Assembly: GCA_028534125.1 (NCBI GenBank)
Contig: CM052816.1
Coordinates: 2,544,001-2,608,000, forward strand
DNA length: 64,000 nucleotides
From: Lama glama
Taxonomy: Eukaryota
Direction: 5' to 3'
Part shown: positions 25,740 through 39,030 of the stretch, piece by piece
How positions within the stretch are numbered: position 1 is the stretch's first letter
Layout of the letters: every line of letters starts with the position of its first letter
Position numbers and translations under genes: made by a program
Notes under the pieces: generated by a model
The model's input: the letters and a program-made list of their open reading frames with translations, nothing else
Told to the model about the DNA's origin: nothing
The model's database searches: none

Positions 25740-25950
25740 CAGCTAGCAAATAGGCCCAGAGAGTCCAGAGGAAGCGCAATAAATCGGCGACCTCCAGTTT
25801 CCATTACTGTGAGCCCTTTAACCCCTGGAGCCAAACAAAAAAGTAAATAAAGTCCCAGAATAGAACTGGCTTTAAAAAGAAAAAAGGAAAAGCTTTCTTT
25901 TCTTCTTCTGCCCTCCTTTCCCCCCACCCCCTTCCATTCTGTGGCTCAGA
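25740..25950 (-). other. Candidate first/5' exon of an unidentified gene (possible N-terminus METGGRRFIALPLDSLGLFAS)
   Basis: Strong donor CTG|GTGAGT at 25740/25739; ATG 25804-25802 in strong Kozak context (GTAATGG); CpG-enriched, repeat-free surroundings. Confidence 0.35.
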
Positions 25951-28249
25951 TTCTGATCCAGGCCTCCTCGGGAGAGCAGCAAGTTTGCTGTCTGCATGAG
26001 GTGGCAATGTTGGGAAAGAGGCTGCTATTGGTGTGGAATCGCAATTCACCCGCGCTCCCACTAAGCAGCCCTTTCAACGTGGTCGCCAGGCGACTCTCCG
26101 CTTCATCACCGTGCCCTGGTAATCCAGCAGGTTATGAAGGGAGGGGGCAGGAGGAAAATAAAGGCAGGGGTGAGTTCAATGTTGAAGCCAGTTCCCTCAG
26201 GGGAGAGAGGGGCAGGGTGCAGGTACATGCAGCCTGGCCCTGTGTTTGCTAGATTGTTTTGTTTTTTTTTTCCCTTTTGGATCAATAAATAGACCAGAGA
26301 GGCAGAAGACCTCATCCAGACTCTGAATCCCCCTAAGGTCTATCAAATAGATGGGAAAGCATGCTCAGTCCCTTAGTACAGTACGCAGGTTATCAGGCAA
26401 GTCAATTAAATTCAGTGTCTCAGTTTCTCCCTGTGCCTGCCCCTGCCCTAAAAAAAAAAGAAAAAAAAAAGGAATGATAATTTTCATCCATTGAGGCCAC
26501 AGGAGGCAAATAGAATGATAATGTTTGAAGTGACTTCAGTGACTTCAGCTAAATTATGTGAACTCCCAGCTGATGAAGGAACCATCTCTCCCTCACTTCT
26601 GACGACTGATCATGCAGACGCTCCTTGTAACATGTTCATTGGTGCAAGGTGGAGGGAAGGAACTCAGTCCCGAGATCATCCACTCCACCATCTCACAGCT
26701 CTGGGTTTTGCAAACTTATTTTCTCTGCAGAGCCAAAGGCTCTCTTCAGTAAGCTGCACTGAGGAAGGAGGAAGCACTCTTGCTGGTACTTAGATCAGGC
26801 ATGGTTTATTACAACAGCTGCTGACTTACTGGACATCCTCTGTTATCAAAAGCCCTACCTTCTAATACAACGCACCAAGAAATAATCCATAAAGTACAAC
26901 TAGAGAAAGACAGAGAAGTACAGATGTGCTATAAACACACACATAAAATATGTCAGGAGCAAAGTAAAAGCATAAAATCAGCCAGCAGAAACGGCCTAGC
27001 TTAAACAGGGCATTAAGTGGTATTAACAGACTAGTTCTAGAAATGATCAGAAATTCCCAGCTGAATCAAAGATTGATATCAAAGACTCAGAGATACCTTA
27101 AGGCCAGCATCTCTGGAGAGGAGTGGAGCTGATTGGAACGCAAGCTCTATCTCTTCCCTGTGCATTTGAGTGAACACTTTAAATCTCCAAAGATTGAACT
27201 ATAAAGAGAAATTAGTTTATTAATAATTCACAGACTTCAAGGGAAAAAAAAATGTCAAAAGCATATGCTCAAGGAACAAAGCTGATTCTATTTTCCCTGT
27301 TTAGAAAAGAGCTACGTGTAGAGAAGTTGTAGCGCCAGGCTCAAAAACTGAACTTGCTTTTCTTCCCCCCTTGTCTTCATGTTTTTAGAGGTATGTTTCT
27401 AATAAAATATATGAGAGCATTTAGTCTAATTTCCCTCTGCATACTTCAAGTTTTTCAAATCCTAGGAGGTTTGTGGGGAGTGTCAAAAGCAGAATATTTT
27501 ATTCAAGGCTTGAATAGTTTGAGATATTTTCGTGGTGAAGTTATTAGCCAAGCATACTTAATTGGAGTTTGTGAATTCAAGGCAATATACTCAACAATGG
27601 GTATGAAAAAAAAAGAAAGGTTAATAAAAATCTGAATTTAAAATGACACAACTAAATCACTAGATGATCAAGTCACTCTTTGAGAGAAGCCTCCTGTTAA
27701 TATGAGAAGAAGAATGTATTTTTCTGGGAATCCACTAGACTGAGATGTCCTGGAGGATTCGACCCCATTTTTCTCATTAGCCCAGGGCTCACTCATGAGC
27801 CAGCTACTGAGCTGCCTCAGTCTCCCCAATGTGGCTGAGAACAGGCTGGCATGAATAAACACAGACGGGAACAAAAAGTGGCACACCTGGCCTCTTGCCG
27901 GACAGGTCAGCACTCAGGCGCAGAGTGGCCCTGACCTTCCTCAACATAGAAGCTCTGTGGAGGGGGAGGTGCATCTGTGTACTACACCCCACCCACTCAC
28001 GTCTCCTCCCAGACATTGCTCCTAAAGTTATCCCCTCTCTCTTCTGCACAGTTTCCCCATCGAGTGGATCATCACCACCAGCTCCGAAACCACTTCTCAC
28101 CTTAATAAAATCCTTGGTCCCAATACTCTTAACACCTATAACCAATTTTTTTGAACATCCCTGTAAAACAAAACCCATTTTCAATTTTAATTTAAAATGG
28201 TCTTACATCACTATTTTATTTCCTAACATCTCATTCTTTCTTGAACCCA

Positions 28250-28490
28250 TTCTCATCAAGTTTCTGTCTTCACTCCTCTAACTGAAACAAATAATTTGTC
28301 ATTATATGAAATTATACTATATCCTTGATTTATTAATTCCCTATTTTCCTTATTAAAATGTTGCCTCCATGAAAAGGACTTAGTTTTGTTTATTATTGAA
28401 GATTATCGATCATTACTGTAACCCCAGCACAGGGCTGACACATAGTAGGTTTTCAAAAAAATTGGTTGTATAAATGAATAAGTAAAAAGA
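28250..28490 (+). mobile_element. L2 3' end
   Basis: agcacagggctgacacatagtaggttttcaaaaaaattggttgtataaatgaataa. Confidence 0.7.
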
Positions 28491-29529
28491 GGTCATGTTC
28501 TTTTATATGAAACCCATGTGTGATCCAAGCTATAGTCCCTTTGATGGTTAAATGGTATGTTAATACATAAAATTACTGCCACAGAAATCTCTTTTAATAG
28601 TCACTCTTTAAGAAATGAATGCTGGAGAAATCTTCCTCATCAGAAGTAGAAATTCAAGCTCAAAAATCTCATCATAGAGGATAGTATAGGTATACAGTAG
28701 GCAGTAAAAAAAAATGTTGAATTGATACCCTTGCAACATATGACAATTACCTGATACTCTACTGCAGCATTTTTGCCAAGTAATATGATTGGTGCAAAGA
28801 GAATGCATCCTGGACTTTAGCCAAGTTGCTTGAAATACACAGCTAACTGAAGGAACAGTCCCGGGCTTTGTATTTTAGGATGATGGCAAGGCAGGTCCCT
28901 GTTCTCAGCATGAAAACACTTCTTAGGACCATCAAATTATTTGTTACTCTTTTTGTGACAATCTTCTAAATCCAGTTTTAATTCCTCATCTTTTTGCTTT
29001 AGGTCAGGGATGGCAAATCAAATGTATCTCATATGCCAAACCCAGTTAAGTCACTCATCAAATATTTAGTTCAATAAATATTTATTACATATCTAAGGGT
29101 AAAAGACACTGTACTTGATGCAGGAAAGACAACAATGAGCAAAATAGACAAAAGTCCTGCCCTAAAAGAGTTTCTGCTTCAGTAGTAGGTGGTCACCGGA
29201 TTAGTAGTAAAGATTCTGTGATCTATTAGTGATGTCTGCTATGGGTGCAGAGATGAGTGTGGCAGTACCAGTGCTAGCCCAGGATTTGCATTCTGGTTTA
29301 AGATTTTGTTTATAATGTTGACTTAGCTTTCTAGCTCAAGCCACCTATCTCCAGAAATGATTTAACCCACTTCATCAAGTGAGTGTTTACTGCTCAGCTC
29401 AGCTTAACATTTTATTTGGTCCCAGTAGCTATTTTCCTGTTCAATTCTTTGTGATGAGATTGTAGCCTCAAATCTCAAAGCTTTCTTTTTACCTACCTCT
29501 CATTTCCTGTCTTGCTTCCCCTGTTTGTC

Positions 29530-29970
29530 CACTTATTCATTGGTTCATGCAAGAACTAGACTCAGCAGTTACTATATGCCAGGTACTAAACACCCAAACA
29601 GAACAGATACACTCCCTGTTCTCAAAGGAATTTCTATTTTAGAAGCAAAATAGAAATAAACAGGCAAATTTATAAGATAATTCAAGATAATTTATGTGAC
29701 TAGGGTAGTAACAGGGTAATCTAGGTAGATTGATTAGGGGAGCATGATTTTAGGAGATGATATTAAAGATGAAATCTGGAAGATGAAAAGGAGCCAGACA
29801 CAGGAAGGTACGACCTCTGGTGCTGTAAGCTCAAACGTCCTGAGGCAGGAACCAACTTGGCCTCTTCCAAAATCATTACAGTTGGAGTACAGTGAATGAG
29901 GGGAGGGCAGTGAGAGACAGTGAGGAAAGGCAGGCAAGAACAGCTCAGGGAAGCATCTAGAAATGGTAAG
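29530..29970 (-). mobile_element. L2 fragment
   Basis: cattggttcatgcaag...tactatatgccaggtact...ctccctgttctcaaagga; ggagtacagtgaatgagggg. Confidence 0.7.
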
Positions 29971-32900
29971 AATGGTGTCTGCCTACCTGCCCAGAATTTT
30001 TGCTCATTTCCTACTGTCAGACTTTCCAGGTATCACCATCAGCCATCTCCCAAAGCAACTACTCAGTGGCCTCTGGGATCAGACATGTCCCATGTCACCA
30101 GCTCATTACTGAGACTTCTCAGTGTCTCCTGCCACATCCTTGCGAGTCTGGTCAGAAGCCTGTGTTGCGCACGCTCTGGTCTAGCCCACTTCCAACTCAA
30201 CTCTGGTACAGATTCCACTACTCAAAGCTCCCTCTGCCTCCTCCCTCTTAGCAGGCGTCCAGATTTCACCAGATTAAACCCATCAGCTGGAAGGAAAGGG
30301 GATGCTAAGAGAGGATTTGTTTCTGACAATCACCTGAAGCACTCAGTTATGAAGCGGTCCCAAAGCAGGGGTCCCAGGGCAGCACCACCGCAAGGCACTA
30401 ATTACTCTTTCTGCGAAATTGCCTTGTTTCAAAGCCTTAGAGCCCAGGGGCATTGACTATCAAAACTCAGTTTAAAGAGACTTCTTAACAGGGACAGCGG
30501 ATTCAGTGACTTAGGGCCCTGTGCTAAGATGCCTGCCCCCAGCTTATCCTCACCACCTGTCGTTTGGTCTGATATTCTATTGTTAAAGAGTCAACTTTGG
30601 TTCTTGAAGATTTCCCACTTAGTAAATAGAAATATTCTCAGAAGAGCCAACATTTTAAGCCATTATTGTTTTTGCCTCAGTTTCTTCTCTCTTACTCCAA
30701 ACTGTCTTGTGAGATCGCCCATCCCACCTCTCCGATTCCTGCTCTCATTTGAACTCCTGGTGTCCTATTCCTCTAGTCATTTTAAATGTATAGTTTCGCC
30801 AGTACCTGGTGCAGTGCGTTTAAGTATTATTTCCAAAGTACAGGTGGGAAAATCTAAGCTGTGAATTCCATTCTTTGACTCTTCAGTGATACCTACTTGA
30901 ATCAGGACTGGTAGAGTTTAATTACAATATTGACATCACATTGCTCAACGGGAGAAAAATACAAAGAGGCAAATGAAGGAATTTTCAGAGAGTACCAAGG
31001 ATGGTTAAACAAGGCTACTCTGTTTCCCTAATACCACGGATGTGCTAGAATCATAAAGAGCAAGCTAGTTACAGATACGTTACATCTCATATGTAGTAAT
31101 TCAAATGGTTGCTCTCAGCACTGGCTTCAATGCAGAAGGTTAAAAGACATGCCATGGTATCTACTGGACTAAGTCTGTATAAGAGTGTTTTTTGTGTTCA
31201 CTAGGTGAGTGGTCTGGAAAGACTGCATCATGGCAACGCCCTGTGGTTTCTTTCCACGGGCTCAAAAGTTGCCATAACATTAGACAGAACAATCTGAGTA
31301 CATGAACAAGCGAAGAATGAAGGCAGCTGACTCAATAGAGTGGCTCTTAAAACAACGGAATGATACATAATTCCAACCTGAAAATTGATTGGGTTTTTTT
31401 TTATTATTATTAAAAAAAAAAGAAAAAGAAAAAGCAATAGAAAAAGAAAAGAGGCTGGCAATTAAAGAAGATATGAGGAAAACATGCAAAACAGAAACCT
31501 GGGCAGATGATGACAAGATTACAAAGGCCTCCTCAGCAGCTGAAAGGTCAGATATTTACGAATTTTTTACATATTAAAAATTGATAGCAGCGTGACCTCA
31601 TTAAAGAGCTAACATTAGTAGAAAAGGATAGGTCAGTGTCAAAACCGATGCCCGATTCCCAGCACAAGGCACCTGGCTTAGTCAACTTTTGTCAACCTCA
31701 ACAAAACACGCGCACAGGCAGGACACAGGCTGTCATTCCCAATTAACACCACCTCTGGTTAGTCCGTGTTTAGTGTCTAGAAATTATGACACATTCGTGG
31801 CGAGACAGCCATTAGACTCCAGTGTCCCATTCACACCTGTCTCGCATACAGTCCAACCTGCTCACTTATGAATGTCACCATCCCCGTTTGGTCACATTTT
31901 TCACATTATTTCTTTTATTCATGTAATGCCAGAGTGGCTACCTTTGCAAGCAAACCAGGGAGGTGATGCATGACCTCCCTTCCCTAACCAAACGGCATAA
32001 TGTTTGGAAAACACACCAAAAAGCATACATTCTCTGGTGATCCAAACACATGATCCTGCCCAAGAAGCAACACTGAAGGCATCTCCAGGGTGAGCACGGC
32101 TTTCCGTACGGATCTGTACTGACTCCCAAAGAGCTCTGTCCACCGAAAGCCCCTGTCAGCCAGAAAGTGAGTATTCAGTGGTGGGATATGCAGACACGTG
32201 GCAGATGACCCCAAAGACAATTATTTCTCTCTCATAAATTAGCTAAGGCAGAAGTGAATGTCCAAATGAAGAATGCCAAGCACTGAAATGATGCTTGCCT
32301 TCTGACAAGCTCCTTTTTTTCTATTTTTCATCTCTTTAGCAACCAGAGGCTGGATCAATTCCTAAAGTTCAGTGTAATTCTCAGAGTTTATAGGCATTCC
32401 ATGGTTCCTAAGGAACTGAGCATAAAAATCCGGTGGCGTGAACCAAACTAATAAAATTGAGAGTGCAAAATACTGCCTAAACCCCTACACTGTTTCCAGC
32501 AATTGGGGGTTTTCCAGGTCCATTAAGACAAGTGTGTTATCATTTTTTTACCAGAGGTCAGTGTTAAAAGTCCCCCTGCTCCTCCAAACCTACAGTCAGA
32601 AATTTGAAAGATGGGGAGATTTGGCTTGGCTCATCCTATTTAATTTGCACTATGCCTGGATCTGTCAGGTTCTAAAGAAAGATACAGCCCAGGAGATTTG
32701 GGAACTTCCTAATGTGATTCAAGTTGGCAGCCCACACACTTGGCTTCCACTGATTACAGCTTCAGTTTCTGACCCCCAGGAGGCCAAACCAGCGAGAGGG
32801 AGATGTGTATAGTGAATGCCGAGACCTAGCTCCATAATGAAAGTGCCCTCCCTTTTATTATGCTGGTTCCTATCTACTGGCAAAGTCCATTCTTTAGAAC

Positions 32901-33404
32901 CACTGTCTTCCCTATGGCATGGAACTGAAGAGAAATACCAAAGCCCCACATTAACCCAAATGCCCACCCAACAGACTTGTCTAAACAAAGTGGCCTCCGT
33001 AAGACTGAGTATTGGCAGCCCCTATAAATCAGGTTTGGGGACATTATTTAATTACATGGGAAAAAGTTCAAAACGCTAAGTTACAAAGTGGAATACAATA
33101 CTGTAATTTATAGTATAGTCTCAAAATAAAGTGTAAAGTGGTTATATGTATATGGTGAGATTTTAAATGTAACTTCCTAATATTTTTCACCTGGGATGGG
33201 ATGATATTATTAATGTGTGTGTGGCAGGTGAACTTCTTTCCTTCATTTCTCCCTGCTCTGTGAAAAAGAACTGAAGTGGCTACTCAGGTCCTTCTAGAAA
33301 ACGTACCCAGAGCCACAGCAGATCAAACACTTTCCTGTGGTGGGAGAAGCCAGGGGACTGGGAAGCCCAGGGGTGGAGCCATCACCATCATCAGTGGGAT
33401 GAGA

Positions 33405-33560
33405 GAGATCTGTCGTGGGCGGCGCGGAGGGGCGGGAGAAGGGGCGAAGGAAGAAAGGGGAGAAAAGGGGAGAGAAAAGGAGGAGAGAGGGAAAAAAAGG
33501 AAGAAAGCGAGAGGAAGAGGGGGAGGTGGGAATGGGGGAGAGGGAGAGAGAGAGAAATGG
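33405..33560 (+). repeat. Purine-rich low-complexity tract with GC boxes
   Basis: gggcggcgcggaggggcggg followed by a GA-rich run. Confidence 0.8.
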
Positions 33561-33994
33561 AGACCCTGGACATTTTCTGGTACTAGAGTAAGAAATGAGG
33601 AGAACAAGAGATGTAAACAAGGGCTCACATGTTGTAAGTTCTTCATTGTCTTTCTATATTTGACAGACATGTGGGTGAAGACGGTTACTTCTGGCTGGAC
33701 CACCCAAGCTTCTTTATTTACGACCCTGCACTGCAGGAGGGGGTATCATAACTTCAGAAGAATTCCATATGTTTTCAGAAATTTCCATAGTGCATAAGTT
33801 TTGCTCTTATAGTCAGTGAAACAAATCAATTAATGAAAAACGAGCTCTTTCCAATTTCCCCAATTTATTTGGCTACTGAACTACATGGCTACTGTCCTTA
33901 GCTATGGCTAATCTCAATGTATCTTTACTCCTAAGCCACAAGGTAGAAGCAATAATCAGCTTTTCTCAGGGGGGCAGGATGGCAGGGAGGAAAC

Positions 33995-34400
33995 TTTTTT
34001 TTCGTTGAAGTATAGTCGGTTTACAATGTTGTGTTTATTTCTGGTATACAGCACAGTGATTCAGTTATAAATATATATTTCCTTTTCATATTATTTTCAT
34101 TCTAGGCTGTTACAAGGTATTGAATATAGTTCCCTGTGCTATACAGGAGGACCTTGCTGTTTATCTGTTTTATTTATTTATTTATTTATTGGATTCCACT
34201 TGTTTCATTTATTTATTTATTATTGAAGTACGGTCAGTTTGCAATGTTGTGTCAATTTCTAGTGTGCAGCATAACAGTTCAGTCATACATGTACATACAT
34301 ACATTCGTTTATATATTCTTTTTCATTATAGGTTACTACAAGATATTGAATATAGTTCCCTGTGCTACACAGTATAAAACTGTCTATTTTATATACTATT
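33995..34400 (-). mobile_element. Two tandem short L1 3'UTR fragments (cetartiodactyl type)
   Basis: ttgaagta...caatgttgtgt...attgaatatagttccctgtgcta occurs twice; tails are poly-T and (TTTA)n. Confidence 0.85.
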
Positions 34401-35714
34401 TTTTAATCAATTAACTCAAGAAATATTTGCTAAGCATCACCTCTGTGCTAGACACCAGAGTGTATGTAAGATACAGTACTGAGCAAACCAGCCATAGCCC
34501 CTGTCCTTAAGAGAGGTCAGAATGGAAGAAAGAGGCTAAAAGAGCATCTCTAGGATCATCTGGGCTGTACTCCAAACCAGCTCTGGATAATGCAAATCCC
34601 CTCCCCAAATACTCACTGAAACATAAGAAACAAGGCCAAAGTATAAAGTCCTTTCTTAGTTAAGAATCGTTATGAATCAATTTTAGTCTGGAGCCAGTGT
34701 CAGTGAAAAAAAAAATCAAAAGTTCAGGACAGTTCTCTTAAGAAGGGCAAAGTTCTTGTTACTCACTAGAGTGCAATGCCAGCAAGTGAAGGCTCTGTGA
34801 GGTGAGTTGGAGGTAGGGAAAGAATCCCAGCCTTCCAGGCTATGTAATTTGGAAGCTGTTAAAATCCTCTCACCCATTTTTTTAATGCATTTGTTACAGA
34901 GGAGCAGTTGCCCAGAGTTTGCCAGTAACAGCTCAGCATATGCAGAAAATCAATCCCAAACAAAGTTCAAAGAAATCCTTTCAAAGCTCTGTTCGAGGTG
35001 ACAAATGGTTGCTAATGAGCGACGGAAGCCCTCTCCTCATTTGACTGACGGGCGAAAGGACAGCTGACTGGTGAAGGGCCACCTGCTCACTCCTGGCCCA
35101 ATTAAGACCTCCAACTGTTTGCAGTAACATGAGATTCACATTAATTGTTCCACTTCTTAATCTGCTCCAAAAAAAATCCAATGCAGGATGGAAACTCTGA
35201 GGAATGATCATAAAATAAACTGACACGGACTGTTTCAACATTTCCATAGCCTAAAGCTGCCCACGACGCCTCCTCCTCTCTCGTCAACCACAGTCCTCCC
35301 TAGCTGTCTTTTAACTGTGCCCTCCACCACCTACCTACCCACCTTTTAGAGAAAGACAGGCTAGAGTTTGATTTAACTCCTGCCAGAGCTTTCTATCCTA
35401 ACGGATACAGGTCAGCTGCTACACTTGATCTGATCAGCGCTCACAGCTCCTACAGAGGACCAAAGTTCTCTCCCCAGACATAAAATCATGGCCATGAAAC
35501 TGACCGTGAATTTCTCAGACATTCTCCCACTGTATTTGAGCTGACCTCCATAACTCGGATGAGACATTTCCTCGTGTTGTGTGTTCACACAGAACTCCAC
35601 ATCTGGGTCTGGATGGAATTTGTTATCATTCTTCAAACTGTATTTAAAAAGTGAGATTGGCTTTGCATTTCTGTATTTTTCTCCTTTATTTTGGACTTTC
35701 TCCCTTGGTGGAAA

Positions 35715-36110
35715 TGACTGCTTATGTCCACTGAAAGGCATGTACCAGAATATTCACAGTTTCATTTTTGTTAGCTCCTAACTGTACACATCTTGAATAG
35801 CTATCAACAATAGAACGGGGAAATAAATTCTGGCACATTCACATAACGGAATATTATACAGCAACGGAAAAATCGTGAAGCTCTGGTTCTTTTGAAAATG
35901 CAGAGAAACCTGAAAGACATCATGTTGCATGAAAGCATCCAGACAGAAGAGCAATTACCCGGGGAAACTCACTGGGACGAGGCATAAGGAGCCCTCACTA
36001 AGGTGCTGGGAATTTTTTACATCTTGTTCTGCATCTGGTTTTAAACATACATAAAACTTCATTGAGCTGTAGCTAAAATTTGTATGCTTTGCTCAATATG
36101 ATGCACTTTA
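35715..36110 (+). mobile_element. Ancient L1M 3' fragment
   Basis: aaataaattctggcacattcacataacggaatattatacagcaacggaaa...aaaacttcattgagctgta. Confidence 0.7.
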
Positions 36111-36349
36111 AGACATGTAACAGTCAACCAAATGTTGCTGTTTCACAGTTTATTTGGGCCTGGCTGGAGATGGGAGAATTCACCAAAACAAACAATCCCC
36201 TTTGAGGACAACTTGCTTTAATTGGCATACATAGTGGAGTTCCGCAGTAGAGTGTTAGTAATGGCAACAGTGACAACAAACGGTGTTTTTATAGTCTACA
36301 GTGTAAGAGTCATGTAGAACACAGTGCAGATATTTGCTCATTTTTACTG

Positions 36350-36430
36350 CTATATATATGCATATTATGTATATAATATATATTATATACAAACATATAT
36401 ATTTATACACACACACACACACATATATAG
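36350..36430. repeat. (TA)n/(CA)n microsatellite
   Basis: Directly visible. Confidence 0.85.
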
Positions 36431-36455
36431 TTTCAGCAAGACTGAAGGGCACGCC

Positions 36456-36922
36456 AGTGGTAGGCTAAATTATGGCCCCCTAAAGTTATCTACTTCCTAA
36501 TCTCTGGAACCTGTGAATGTTATTTTGTATAGCAAAAAGAACCTTCAGATGTGACTAAGTTAAGGATCATGAGACAAGGAGATTACTCTGGATTGTCTGG
36601 GTAGCCCCAATGCAGTCACAAGAGTCTATGAGAAGGATGCAGAGGGAGAGTTGACTACAGTAGAGAAAGAGAAGGCAGTGTGACCACAGAAGCAGAGACA
36701 GGGACGAGGCAGCCAGGAGCCAAGGAATGCCAGTGGCCTCCAGAAGAGGCAAGGAACAGACTCACTCTGGAGCCTCTAGAAAGAACTGACCCAGCTGACA
36801 CCTTCCTTACCCTCATAACACTCAAATTTTGACTTCTTCCCTTTAGAACTGTAAGAGAATAAGCTTGCATGAAGTCACCACGTTTATGGTAATTTGATAC
36901 AGCTGCAGCAGGAATCTAACAC
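36456..36922 (+). mobile_element. MaLR solo LTR (MLT1C/D-like)
   Basis: gtggtaggctaaattatggcccc...ggaacctgtgaatgtt...gccaaggaatgccag...agaactgtaagagaataa...tggtaatttgatacagc. Confidence 0.9.
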
Positions 36923-37362
36923 GGGGCACAAGATCATGGTGCCTGGATCCCAACTTGCCTTTCAGCCCTTTAACTTCAAGTTCAATCTTCGTGCGTCATT
37001 TCCACCACACCAGGCACTTGACACAGAGCAAGCCAATATCCAAAGGCCCAAAGCTGTAGCAACAGGGCAGAGAATCAGCTCAGGCGGGAGGCACAGTGGA
37101 CTCCACTCAGGTCATCCTCAGGCTCCCTCTGGGCATAACCAGGCCTTTCCAGGTAAGAGTTGGTAAAACAGTCTTGCTACGAAAACCCAGTCTTCAAGCG
37201 GTGGAAGAAGTTGCCACAGGAGCTGCCAGAATACTTTAAGGGAGTGTCATTCCTAGATGGGTCTAGAAACCTCCTGGGCAGGAAAGCCACATATTTCAGT
37301 GAGTTATGTCTGTGGCACACAACTCAAACCCCAAAGTAAATTTTCCAACCATGGCTTGAGTT

Positions 37363-37413
37363 ATCTGGTTTGGCCACCTATGAAGATCCAATTTTCCGGT
37401 GGATTGTCAAGTC
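37363..37413 (+). repeat. 51-bp dispersed direct repeat, copy 1 (likely donor)
   Basis: ATCTGGTTTGGCCACCTATGAAGATCCAATTTTCCGGTGGATTGTCAAGTC, identical to 40206-40256. Confidence 0.97.
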
Positions 37414-38569
37414 TCCCGGGCACTTTGCGGTAATTTGAATTTTTCTTCATTCATTCCCTCACTCAGTCATTCAACACTTACTGAGCAGTTTCTCTGTGCC
37501 AGGTAAACAGGAAGTAGAGAAGAACTGGAAAGACTGAGTTCCTGCCCTCAAGAACTGCTGATAGTCTGCTGAAAGGTTTCGAGAGATTGCAGCTGCAGGG
37601 GTGAAAAAGGAAGGACCAGCCATTTGGGAGGCGCTGATCCCCTAAAGTAGACCATTTCTCACTACAATGTTCGGACAGCACTAAAAAGTCAGTGTACTGA
37701 GGTCTTATGCAGCTTGATCTTTGGTACTGTTAACTAGTAGTCGTTACAGGTTAACTGCTCAGTAACGTGTAATGAAGAGGGAGGGAAGGAGGGACAGAGG
37801 GAGGGGAGAAAGGGGGACAAACTTCCACGGGGGCAACTGCCACCAAGACCACCGTCTCACTGGCCTTTCTTCATACTGTCCTCCTACCAACCCGTGATCT
37901 CCCTGAGACTGAGGGTCTCATTTTCTTCACTTTTGTAACTGCCACACTCAGCACAAAACAGCACTTAATAAAAATAATTTTGGATCAGTGAGTAAGTCAC
38001 CAGTCACTATGAGACAAGCTCAAATCTGAGCAGCCATTCAACCTGCCTGAACCTCTCTCGTGGCCCCTTCGCCCAGGCCCATACCCTCCAGCCCCCACTT
38101 TACCAAGCACTCCATCATCACCCTGGGACCAGGCAATGAGGGGATGTCTGTGCTTTAGATCAGCAGACGAGTGTGCCCTGGGGCCAAAGCAGACAGGGTG
38201 TAAAATTTGAAAAAATTATCAAATAAAAAAATAAAAAATTAAAATAATAATAATAATAAAACAAAAAACCACCAGCCATAAATGAGGGAAAACTAGCCCC
38301 AGGTAAATACAGATTCACTCGGCCATTTTAAATTGCCAGCATAAATATCTACCGGGGAAGAGGGTCAGATTAAAAACAAAGAAACAGAAAACAACAACTA
38401 GAAAGTAGTGACAAAAATCTGTTTCTTGCTCGTTTCAGAACAGAGCCTAGCAGCCCTAGATCTCTGTGACTCCCTGCATTATTTAAAAGAATTAATCATT
38501 TCACACCAGACGGAGACCAACAGTGAAGTTCTTTGAGGGAAGTTTGGAAACCTGAGGAAAACAAGGTTT

Positions 38570-39030
38570 TCCAGCTGCCACTGCGCTTCCGAGCTCCTCA
38601 GAGGACCTCCTGGCTGCGCTGATCTGTTTCACATCTCCTCGTGTGTGATTTTTCAGGCTCTTCGCTGTGAACTGGGGGCTGACTGGGAGGTGCGACTTTC
38701 CCATCAGTTTCTCCTCTCAGGAGAAATTGGAAATATGTCCTTTCTCTAAGCCGCCTGAACATTTCTCTAGACGGAAGATTAACTGTGTCGCTGCTGCAGC
38801 GTACGATCCGCGGGCGAGCAGCGCGCCCTTCTTCCCTGCCCGAGCCCTTCTGTCATCCATCGGTGAAGGATCCAGGGAGGCTGACAGCTGCCTCGCTTGG
38901 CTCCCAGGAGCTCTGTTCCTGGCCAGTACCCTCCCAGAGCCAAGGACGCAGGGCCAGGCCCTGCAGCAACCCGGGAAACGTAAATAGGGGTTTGGCCTTC
39001 AGGTAGTGTGGGAATCGTTCCCGCACATTT
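38570..39030. promoter_or_regulatory. CpG-enriched candidate regulatory element
   Basis: Dense CpGs (gcgtacgatccgcgggcgagcagcgcgcc) in non-repeat DNA. Confidence 0.3.

Noticed and set aside
33276..33797. 173-aa G/E/R/K-rich ORF
   Set aside because: The stop-free purine low-complexity tract explains it; no recognisable domain.
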